A stretch of DNA of 64,000 nucleotides, from positions 1,798,001 to 1,862,000 of the forward strand of contig JAYWIR010000004.1 of the NCBI GenBank assembly GCA_036172245.1, given 5' to 3'. The notes below the pieces were generated by a model. That model saw only the letters and a program-made list of their open reading frames with translations. It was not told the origin of the DNA and did not search any database. Below are positions 11,931-22,504 of the stretch, piece after piece. The stretch is from Raillietiella orientalis (lineage: Eukaryota). The stretch's first letter is position 1, and every line of letters starts with the position of its first letter. The translations under genes were made by a program, and so were the position numbers.

Positions 11931-14900
11931 CCTAATGCTCAAGGGTGGGGATGGGGGGCTTCTCGGTTTTTCCTTGTCGAAACGGAGGCTTCGATGTCGC
12001 GGACGGTGCACCTCCGGGACTCCAAGTCGCAACCTCTGGTCTGGTGCTGGGGGGCTTCGCCTCTGTACCAAACGAGTCGAGTCAGGACGGCGCTTCGAGA
12101 CATCTCCAGCTGAAGGCACCCCGCTGCTTTTACCCCGAAACTGCCGCCCCTATGCCTTCACTCGCGGGGAGGGGAGGTAACCGAAATTTCCCGGCGAGAC
12201 ACGCTGGGAGCGTTGCTTCCGAGAAAGAAAAAAAACACACACATCCATCGCATCTCATACATCTCGTACGTCCACGAAGAACCGTTCTTCGGATGCGTTC
12301 TCGTGCCACAATGAGAAGGCGGCGACAGGGGGTGGAGGGGAAGGGGTTGATGGACTCTCGGACCGCAACCCGGAGTAGGAGCTTGAAGTTTCCCTGCATC
12401 AGGAATTCCCCAGAGCAGTTGCGACGCTCGAGATCTTGTCATGAGATCTGATCAGGAGAGCGGAGGACCCTTCGGATCCGGGTGGGAGAAGCTGAGAAAG
12501 CATCCCACGTGATCAGGTGCACCTCTCCGTCTCTTGAAGCGGGGCCGAGAGTTTTTGCGGGACGGTCCGAAAATCGCTTCTCTTTTCGAGTGTGCGTGTT
12601 TTTCTTTTCTTTTTTTTTTGCCGGAAGCCGGCAGCTTGCAGGAGCCGAGACGCGTCAAAGTCGCGGACGCACGAGGACGGAAATTCTTCCCTGAGGGCAC
12701 GTAAGTCATCACGCAGCTGGACTGCTCGGCGCGTCAGGTCGCCGAAGGTCAGGGGACGAGAAAAGCGCAGTTCTTCGAGAAGCGGGAAGAAGACGACCTT
12801 CGACCTCAGCTTGCCGGATGTTTCCGGAGACGGAGGGGAGGGGGGGGGGGAACCCGCAGGTGCAAAGCGCTAGCGGCCGGGTTGCGCGAGGCACGCGGCG
12901 GAGACTGGCCGTCCAGCCCAGCCTGGAAAAAAAACGAGCAACGCAAGGCAGGCGAATCGAGGGAGGAGCGTCCAGCACTCAGAGAATCGCATCTGCAGGA
13001 AAGATTCAGGAAGGTGGACGATGCGCCGGAGCACTGCAGAGTCCAAAAAGCAGCGCGTCTTTGCTTTTGGCTGCAGTGTCACTCGCTGAGTCCGGCAGGG
13101 CGAGTCTCTGCCCCTCAAGAGAATGGCAAAAAGGTCCCCGGACCTTGGGTTTCTCTCCTCATCATCCCCCGCTTGAAACACCTCCTCACGAGACGCTGTC
13201 TCTGACATGTTCTAAGAAGCCGAATCCACACGAGGGATCTGAATCCGTCCGTGGGACCTCACTCTGTCCATTCCCTTTCAGTTGCTCACACGAAAAGACT
13301 TTCCTGAAGATCCATTCCATGTTCTAAAGAGAAACTGACACAAAGGCCTCGACGGAGGCTTTCGAAAGAAGGAAAGAAGGAAAACTTACTTTGAAGGTGA
13401 GGCAGGTGCTTCAAAGAGTTGAGAATAGATGGTTCCGGTGGACGCCCATCGATTCTAAAGTGCGACACAGTCTAAAGGGCGCATGCCCAAACCGCAAACA
13501 CTTGGAAGACACGGACTCGAAATGTGCTTCCACTTCGGAATCTGGATGAACTTACGTCTGGCTAGGCGCACTTCAATTTGATATGGTCCTTGGAAATAAG
13601 AACCCACTTTTCCTGTGGGTATCTGGGAGGAACAAGTAGGCGAAGGAAGTGCGTTACGGTTTGACTCTTCTCGTCTCGTTTCTCACTGTGCAGCATAGCG
13701 TTTGCTTTCTTCGGAGTGGAACAAAACACAGTCAGAGTCTGCGGCTTTTTAGCAAGACTGCAGATAGCCCACAGCTCTCAAGAAATTGGTCATTTTTTCG
13801 TGATGTTGTTCGCCATTATCCTTCCTCCAAAAGCAGTATCAAGAGTGGTATCAAACAGTGATATGGCAACGCCTTCAGGATTTCAATGAGTTCGTTAAAT
13901 AGCATCTTCATTTCAAGTTACACAAAAAAATTCATATGGAAAGCTCCGTGGATTCCATCGATTTTTGGCAACTTTTTGTATTGTAGGTAAATTGCTATTC
14001 TTTAGTGAATGAAATGTTTAAATAAAACTTTGATAAATTATCTCTTTCCGTGACAATTCCGTTGTTTTCAGCTTGCGATAATGTTTCTGCTCATTTAAAA
14101 TGGACTTTTCGTGCTTGCCAATGTCTCTGATGCAGACAAGCGGCATGCATCTTTGAGTACTCAGTCGGCGTGCAAAATTTTGTTGACAGCGTAGTATTTT
14201 GATCTTTTTCTCCGTAAGAATTGCAGTTTCCTTTCAAAGCTCACAGAAACCTCAAAAAGGTTTTCGTGATAAAAGCAGCCTCTAAAATGTTTCATGATTC
14301 CTTAAGAAAGGAAATTATCCGAGTGCGCCAATGCTATGAAATATCATTTATCCTTTACTCTTCGTGCAGCCTTCTACATGGATGAACAATCCGAATTTCT
14401 GAAATTTTTTGTTTGCTAATTTTCTTTTCTTTTCTTTTTTCCTTTAAGAGCGACTCATTCGAAATTTCCGATCCAATGAAGAACCTTCTAAAAATGAGTG
14501 CTTCTAAGACGGAGCTCGCGAACACACGGGAAGGAACGCAAGTCTTGCAGAAGTCTTAGAGAAAGAATGCAGCACATTTCTCGATCAGAATCTCGGAATT
14601 TCATAAGGAATGAATGCACTGGTTTCCTATTTTCAACCGCCACTTGTCTATGCAATGGGGATTTCGATTTCAGTCCATGGATCAGTTTTAAGCAAAGCTG
14701 AAACAAAGATTCTTGGAACATCTGTAAAGTCAAAAATAAGATGTCGATTTTTTATGATCAAGAAGAGGACCGGCACTCATACGCATCATCGAGAGCATTC
14801 TATAAATAGCCTAGAATAGTCAGCGCCTCTTTTAAAGGAATCCATAAATGCAGCACAATTCCCACTTTCATGAACAAAAATTTCGACATTAACAACTATC

Positions 14901-16489
14901 AATGAAGACATTATTAAGATGTTTCTGAGATCGTTGATCGTTTTAAAGTGTGTTCTCATATACGTTTATGAATGTCTGTGAAACAACATGCAGTCTCTGA
15001 AATGCCATTAATTATCTTTGGAGAATTGCAACTTTTCAGTTTATCGAATCTTTCTGGAGCTCTCGAGAAGTGGGCGCGAATCCCCGATTTGCAAATAGCT
15101 GGCTTTCATCAGTTCTTCAACATCTTCATTTGCTTTTGCTTACCATACATTCTTACCTCGAAACGCACTGCTTCTCCAGTATGGAGGCTGCCTCTAGGGT
15201 CCTCTTTAGCACGGTTGAATGTTTTTCATTCTTTGGATTTCGGTCAATCTACAAGTCGTTTCTTCAAACATTCAAACACCATCAAACATTGAGAGTTTAA
15301 AGTTCTTTAAACTTTAAAGACCTTAAAGTCATTTAAAATTAAAATTTCAATACTAACGTTATACACTCAGATTACCACTCTCAATCTCTAATACCAACAA
15401 CAATATAATCCAAACACTTTCTCAACCTTATATCAATATCAGTATAATTAACTACTACCCAATATATCTTCTAATACTAAATAAATATACAACCACCAAA
15501 ATAACCTACAATCAATTCCTCTCATATCATATCTCTCTAGCACCTTACCTCTTCATAAATTAATATATTAACAAATGCTATATAACTAAAAAATTTTTAA
15601 GAATAGATCAAGATGCTTCTTTCCTTGTTTAAAAAAAATAATAATTCTAGCTCATGTTTTTTTTTTTTTTTTCATTTAGTGCTTCAGCTTCTTTTATGCT
15701 ACAATGAAAACCGTGTACAAGAAAAGCGTAAGTCTATTTCAGTGAGCTTTTTTCTTCAAGAAACTATCTTCAAATGATGCATAAAGTGTGAAAGTTATGG
15801 TTTTGTAATGTTGATCTGCCTTTTCCTTCAGAGTCATTGATTAAGTTTTTAAATCTAAAAGCAATTTTTGCTCTTGCATACACTTCATGAATGGATCAGT
15901 TGAGAAGTTAGGGTATCCAAGAGAATGGCGAAGTAAATTTCAGCAATTTCCTGGGAAACAAAGTTGCAAAGGAAACAAACACTATCATGCAACAAGCCGA
16001 ATATTTATTTTTCTAAGAAAAAACTTTTGTAAAACGTTACTAAAACAGTGAATACACAGGATGTTGAAAATACCAAATATCCTTGAATATTCAATTGCTT
16101 AAGAACAAACAAAATCGGTTAATATACTTTGAAACTTAGTAACTTTATCGAACGTTCCGGGTTCTCTGGTATCAAAACAGATATAAATTACTGACATCGA
16201 GTAAAATCATAAATATCTGAATTCATCTTCACTTTCAAGCAACGAGATAAGAGGTTTAACGAGAATGTGGTTTTCATGGAAACAAACATCTAAAATTACG
16301 TTTCTTTGTTGTATCCTTAAATTCATATTCGTGACTTAAGCAAATATAATGTTCAGTTCTATGCTTATTCAGGTTGCATTTTACTCCTCTAATGGTATTT
16401 GAATGATCTTAAGCAAAAAATATTTGCTATTCGGAGTAGTTCATTTATTAAAATATTTGTGATCTGATGTTGCTAAAATGTGTTGGTAG

Positions 16490-16547
16490 TCTCATTTTCC
16501 GTTCCTCAGGCGTTTTTCCCAAGCAGCAGGTCAGGCACGAGCATGGT
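16490..16547 (+). promoter_or_regulatory. CCT7: Candidate CCT7 transcription start / first exon (pyrimidine-rich start, ending ATG|GT)
   Basis: The pyrimidine run ctcattttccgttcctc is followed by ...gcacgagcATG|gtttac (ATG 16543-16545), in a CpG-retaining patch upstream of the CpG-poor intron. An alternative first coding exon is ATGCAG|gtttat at 17343-17348. Confidence 0.3.
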
Positions 16548-18402
16548 TTACTATAGTTTAGAATTATTGTAGTGTAAATAAGCTTGTTTTCAGGTACTAG
16601 TTATCTTTTCTCCAAATGTCTTTCTACCGAAATGAGTTTTACGGGAATCGAGTGTTGGAATTAATTTCGTAATTACTGGTTCACAGCCAGTGATGGTTTT
16701 CAGTACGTTTAGTTACAATTCTCGCATTTTGAAGATACATGAAAGATACGCGTGCATTACAAACGAAGCTGCAGTTAACGATAGCATTAGTTTAATTCTT
16801 ATGAAATTATAATTGTGATATTGTGTGCATTGGAAATTTTTTTTTTTTTTGAAAGCTAGCGATCTCCACAGGTTCTCCCCGTTTGTGAACGTTTTCGGTC
16901 ATGTTGCTGTTTGTGTATTGTAATGACATAGGGACACGAAGTGTACGTAGGTAACACTACACTTTATGTTCTCCCTATTTGCAGCTGGAATTTCATTCTC
17001 TCCTGTATTTGATGTGGTACGTGAATCAACTTTTAGAATTGCCCATAAAACCATGTGATAAATTTTTTTGTGAGGGTTTCTTAATAGAATCTTGATTATT
17101 ATTGTTATGGGTTTCTTTGAGGCGCCATATTTTATCCAGGTATTTTGTGAACGTTATCTTTTTTTCTTGAACCAAAAATTGTTTTGCTTAGACGGATCTG
17201 TTCTCAACTTCTATTTTGAGCAATTCGCCCTCATTTTCTCAGTGATTATTATCTCCAGTCGTTAGAACAAAATATTAGTATAATCCACCTTTTTTACAAA
17301 GTAATAACACTTAAAATAAGCTAGGTTCAAGCACACAGTTAAATGCAGGTTTATTTTTGTAAAATTTGAAATGCTTTGCATCTGTCATCAGCAGTCATGC
17401 TAACAATCTGTTAGACTGAGCACCTAGAATTCACAGTATGATGCTCATTAAGTTCGTAGTTTTATATGCAAATATTTGACTAAATGAGATAGTGTAGAAA
17501 TAAATTTGTAATCTGATAGATATCATAGATTAACAAGGCTTAATTCTAGGGTTTGATTGTAAGTTTTTTATTCCAGTGTTCCAATTTAAAATTTGGCCTT
17601 CAACTATTCCAAAATAAAAAAGGGTATTAGTAGTGCATTTGCAAATTTGAATCAAATAGATGTGATTCCGTGTGATCATTCAGTTATCATAGTATGTAAT
17701 AATACTAATTGAAAGTCTTGCTTTTTCAACAGATGTTGCCATGCAAGGTAATGGAAATGGAGTCATCTTTTCTCTACCCTCTTTGGTATACTGCTGTACA
17801 TGTAATAAAAATCAGGAAAATTCCGGTCAGCAAAGAAAAAAATTATACTTTTTAAAGCAATCCATGCTTATCCTTGCTTTCTATACAAATAAGTTGTTTT
17901 TGTGATGAGTCAAGTAGTAATTGACAATTTCTGTTGGCATTTTCTGTTTTCTTGCTATTGTTTATTGTACTGAGGATGAATTTTTTCTTGAGGATAAAGG
18001 TCATAAAATGTATTTAGTGGAATTTCTGACTGTCGTTCTGTAGCTGCTGTTTGCATTGGTATTTGCATCCGATCACATGAATAACATTTCAAGGAATTAT
18101 TTGAAATTGATCACTGACTACTTAGAATTGAATTAGCTTTGGGCATTTCAAGCACTAAATATTTTTAAGTTATATCAGCATTTGAATTCAGTTCTTAGAT
18201 TTAGTTATCATGTTTTTTTGTTTAATTATTTTGACAAATTTGTGGATTTTATTATTGCAAATATTTTGTACATATGTTAAATTTGTTGCCCAGATATCAA
18301 TTGTAAATCCTACATTTGCAGTTATACAAAATGAAATTGCACTGCTCTTTGCAGCCACTTGGTGCAATTTCCCAATTAGTCTGAACTAATAATTTGAACA
18401 TT

Positions 18403-18467
18403 ATCATTCACCACTAAAAGTTAGAGAAGCGTCAACAATATTTCTCTAACTTTTAGTGGCAAATGAT
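18403..18467. other. Inverted repeat / pre-miRNA-like hairpin in the CCT7 5' intron
   Basis: ccactaaaagttagagaa (18411-18428) and ttctctaacttttagtgg (18442-18459) are perfect reverse complements, extended by atcatt/aatgat beyond a 2x2 internal loop. Confidence 0.75.
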
Positions 18468-20833
18468 TGAAGTAAGCAGTGTGTTACTTAATGGAATGAA
18501 AATAGACTAGTTGAAGCAACTGTTTCTGAGCTCTGACATAGATTTTGAGAAGTTTTTTTTGTTGTCGTGTCATTCTATTTAATTCTTAATTTTGAACAGA
18601 TTATTAATCTGGTTAGATTCCAAACAAATATTGCACCAGTTGCAGATAAGCTTTTTTATTGTAACATAGTTTTTAGGTTTTCTGATGTGTGTTTGATTTA
18701 ACCAAACTAAAGCTATGTTGGAGTATAATGAACCTGAAAGTAGTATGCAAACATGTTTTCAAGGGAATTTTAGTAACATTCAAATTATTCACTGTGTGCA
18801 CTACTTTGGTTTCAATTCATATGCATCGACTTATGAGCAAGAGTTACTTTTATCATACCATTAGTTAACATTTTTTACTTTTACTTTTAATACTAGTATG
18901 TTGAGTCACTGCTAATTTTTTCTTTTCCTAATCAGCTAATTGTCTTAGAGAAAGTTGCTGCATTAGCTCAAAGCATAGCAACGTTGCTCAAATTTTTCAA
19001 CTTCAGTGTATAGGGCTTTCTTCCATACTTTCAATTATTGGTTTGAATGTTTGAAATGCTTCTGCATGAAGCCTATAACACATCCATTTTATTTGTTGGC
19101 ATAATTTTTTTTGTGTCTGGTTTGATTTGTTTTGTGATACTTTTGCATCAAACGTTTTCTCATTAAAAGCCCACAGCACTTTTAAAGGATTGAACAGAAT
19201 GCTTTTATGACTTAAAGTTCACTTATAGATTACATGTAAAAAAAAAATTGCTATGAAAAAACTTTACTGGTTCAGTTTCTCTGGCTTAGGGTAAAATACA
19301 GTGAAGACCTGAATTTGTAAGAATATTGCAGTAGATGCAAGTAGACCGAGAGGCTGACTTTTTTTTTGTGTCTCTATTTCGAACTCATTTATTCTAAATA
19401 CATTTCAGTGATGAGAATCCAACAGTTTCGTGTTTAAGTTTTTTCTGTAATTTTTATGCAATAAATTTCATGATAATGGCAACCCAATTTAAGTGAATGG
19501 ATTGAAAACATGATATTCCCTGAAAACTAAAGTAAATTAACATGTTTATTTTTCACAAGTTAGGCATGTCGAGAGTTAACATGTTAAAATTGTTTTTCTT
19601 TTTATTGTGTTTTTATTAGCTTGAAATGCTTGAAGTATTGGATTCAGTTTTTCCATAATATTAGGGAAGTTTTCCACATGCTGTGTTTGGTCCAATTATT
19701 TACAGACTAATTTTCCTAAATCATATGAGTAAACAAATTCTAAATATTATGTACATTTACAATTTTTAAATTTATGCTCACAAAGATGGTATTGTTGTGC
19801 TGAGTTTTTTAAATTGCCTTTTGACTTGGAATAATAAGGAACTGAGTATTATTGCCTCTTGTGCAAAGTACAGATCTCATTGGAATTTCGCTTAATTCGT
19901 TCATGTTTCTGTGTGTTTTTCTTTGCTCTGTATTTCACTTGGGTTTCAGAGATTTATATTTTTCTTCATATCATTTGATTGTCTTATCATATCACATTCT
20001 ATATCATTTGATTCTATTTGTAACACTGTAGTAAATATGAATTTTAGAGTGTCCGAATGCGACTTAAAAAGCTTCATTGTTAAGTAATTTATTCTTTTAG
20101 TTATCTTTGTGAAAATTGGATGAACATACACAAGAATCTCTTTCAACTATAAATTATTTTAACGTAAGTTAGTTTGTTTTACTAAGCTTACCCAACTCAC
20201 ATGTTTTTATCAGGAAAAAATAATTTTGCAGTCATTTAAGGACCATTCACAGTTTTCTGTATTTTGGTTATACCTCATTAAAAACTAATTTGATTTCTTG
20301 AAATGTTAAAAGCAATACGAGTATTTGCCATTGTTGGGAAAATAGTTTAAAAAATGCTTTGACAAATTATTGATAGAAAAAAGTATATTCATCTTTGGAT
20401 GGTCAATCATGCATATTTTTTTTGTGTAGATTTGCAACTGGTTTTCACTATGAAAGGACTACTTGGGAATTCTTTGATTTCTCTATTGTTGTCATGGTTG
20501 AAAATGGTATTCTTTTGGCATGTGATACTATGAACTTTTTTTATTCAGAAAATTTTCATTGAAGACTTGCAGAAATGTAAACATCAATTTCAAGACGTGC
20601 TTTTTTGTTCCCTCTTTTATTGCATTTTTAGCTTGTCAGTGAATAAATGCAAGAGCATCATATGCATGACTGTATATTTTTGTTGGGGTATTTGATAGAA
20701 ACATCGTGATTTGTATGTATGGATTTTGAATGCTTTGCTTCCATACTATTGATTTACGATCCAATGCTTTATTTTTAGAGTATTTGATATTTTGAGTAGA
20801 TTCAAAAGAGTGACAATGGTCAATTTCATACAG

Positions 20834-22453
20834 CCACAGATTCTTATTCTCAAAGAAGGGACTGAAAGCACCCAGGGGAAGTCCCAACTTATTAGTAACA
20901 TCAATGCATGTGAAGCTGTAGTAGATGCAATTCGAACTACTCTAGGACCACGAGGAATGGATAAACTAATAGTCACTAGTGATGGCAAACCAACAATTTC
21001 CAATGATGGAGCAACCATCATGAAGCAGTTGTCTGTTAGTCATCCTGCAGCTAAAATGCTTGTGGATATCGCTAAATCACAAGATGCAGAAATTGGCGAT
21101 GGCACTACAACAGTTGTCATATTAGCAGGAGAATTTTTGAAGCAGAGCAAGCAATTTGTAGAAGACGGTATGCACTCTCGCATTATTATTCGTGCATATC
21201 GAGAAGCCTCTCGATTGGCTCAAGAAAAAATTAATAAGATTGCTGTAAAAATATCAGAAAATGTAGAAGAAAAGCAAAAAGAATTTTTGGGGAAATGTGC
21301 ATCAACAGCATTGAGTTCCAAGCTTATCTCAGCACATAGAGACTTCTTCTCTAAAATGGTGGTTGATGCTGTTTTGATGCTGGATAATCTTCTTCCCTTA
21401 AGCATGATTGGTATCAAAAAGGTGCAAGGTGGTGCTCTAGAAGACTCTCAGCTTGTTGATGGAGTAGCATTTAAGAAAACATTTTCATATGCTGGTTTTG
21501 AGATGCAACCTAAACAGTACAGAGAGCCACTCATTGCTTTACTGAATATTGAACTTGAATTGAAGGCGGAACGTGATAATGCAGAAGTGCGGATTGATAA
21601 TGTCCAAGAGTATCAAAAGGTAGTGGATGCTGAGTGGAACATTCTCTATCAGAAATTGGAAAAAATTTACCAAAGTGGTGCTAAGATTGTTCTCTCAAAA
21701 TTGCCCATAGGTGATGTGGCAACCCAATACTTTGCAGACCGTGACATGTTCTGTGCTGGTAGGGTAGTTGAAGAAGATTTGCGACGCACTTGGAAAGCCT
21801 GTGGTGGAGCTATTCTTACAACAGTCAGTGATTTATCTAGCAGCACTCTTGGAACATGCACTCTCTTTGAAGAGAGACAACTTGGAGGTGATCGTTACAA
21901 TTTTTTCAAAGGCTGTCCACATGCCAAAACATGTACTATTATTTTACGTGGGGGAGCTGAACAGTTTATTGAAGAAGCTGAACGTTCATTACATGATGCT
22001 ATCATGATTGTACGTCGGGCATTGAAAAATGACACAGTGGTTGCAGGTGGAGGAGCAATAGAAATGGAGCTTAGTAAACATTTACGAGATGTATCACACA
22101 GTATTGCAGGAAAAGAACAGCTGCTAATTGGTGCATATGCACGTGCACTAGAAGTCATTCCGCGACAGCTATGTGACAATGCTGGCTTTGACTCTACCAA
22201 CATTCTTAATAAACTACGTCAGAAACATGCCCAAGGCAATCAGTGGTATGGTGTTGATGTATACAATGAAGATATTGCTGATAACATGGAAGCCTATGTG
22301 TGGGAGCCTGCTGTTGTTAAGATCAATGCTTTAGTTTCAGCAACAGAAGCAGCTTGTCTTATTTTGTCTATAGATGAAACTGTAAAGAACCCACGTTCAA
22401 GTGAAGGAGATAAGCCACCTATGCCTAGAGCTGGAAGAGGTAGACCTTTCTAG
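20834..22453 (+). CDS. CCT7: T-complex protein 1 subunit eta (chaperonin CCT7), main coding exon; the first codon(s) lie in an upstream exon
   Basis: The ORF has the CCT signatures [24 protein letters not shown] and GGGAIEM, plus eta-type [10 protein letters not shown]...[13 protein letters not shown] and a C-terminal GRGRP. Acceptor tttcatacag| at 20833; TAG at 22451-22453. The TTG start given in the ORF track is intronic. Confidence 0.96.
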   Translation, partial: PQILILKEGTESTQGKSQLISNINACEAVVDAIRTTLGPRGMDKLIVTSDGKPTISNDGATIMKQLSVSHPAAKMLVDIAKSQDAEIGDGTTTVVILAGEFLKQSKQFVEDGMHSRIIIRAYREASRLAQEKINKIAVKISENVEEKQKEFLGKCASTALSSKLISAHRDFFSKMVVDAVLMLDNLLPLSMIGIKKVQGGALEDSQLVDGVAFKKTFSYAGFEMQPKQYREPLIALLNIELELKAERDNAEVRIDNVQEYQKVVDAEWNILYQKLEKIYQSGAKIVLSKLPIGDVATQYFADRDMFCAGRVVEEDLRRTWKACGGAILTTVSDLSSSTLGTCTLFEERQLGGDRYNFFKGCPHAKTCTIILRGGAEQFIEEAERSLHDAIMIVRRALKNDTVVAGGGAIEMELSKHLRDVSHSIAGKEQLLIGAYARALEVIPRQLCDNAGFDSTNILNKLRQKHAQGNQWYGVDVYNEDIADNMEAYVWEPAVVKINALVSATEAACLILSIDETVKNPRSSEGDKPPMPRAGRGRPF

Positions 22454-22498
22454 GCATTGTTGAGAGTAATCTTGAAACATCTGTATTTAATGGTTTCA

Positions 22499-22504
22499 AA
22501 TAAA
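22499..22504 (+). terminator. Poly(A) signal of CCT7
   Basis: AATAAA 45 nt after the stop codon, followed by a T-rich tract. Confidence 0.65.

Noticed and set aside
1..13300. Many overlapping 100-330 aa ORFs in all six frames
   Set aside because: They are R/P/G/S-rich translations expected from stop-poor GC-rich DNA, with no recognisable domains or coherent exon chain.
17902..17973. Possible C/D-box snoRNAs (GTGATGA...CTGA; also 19408-19523)
   Set aside because: Boxes are present, but there is no convincing terminal stem or recognisable rRNA-antisense element, and such motifs are common in AT-rich DNA.
20792..20833. N-terminal extension of CCT7 in the ORF track ([14 protein letters not shown])
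   Set aside because: It starts at TTG, lacks CCT7 similarity and ends in a splice acceptor (tttcatacag), so it is probably intronic.
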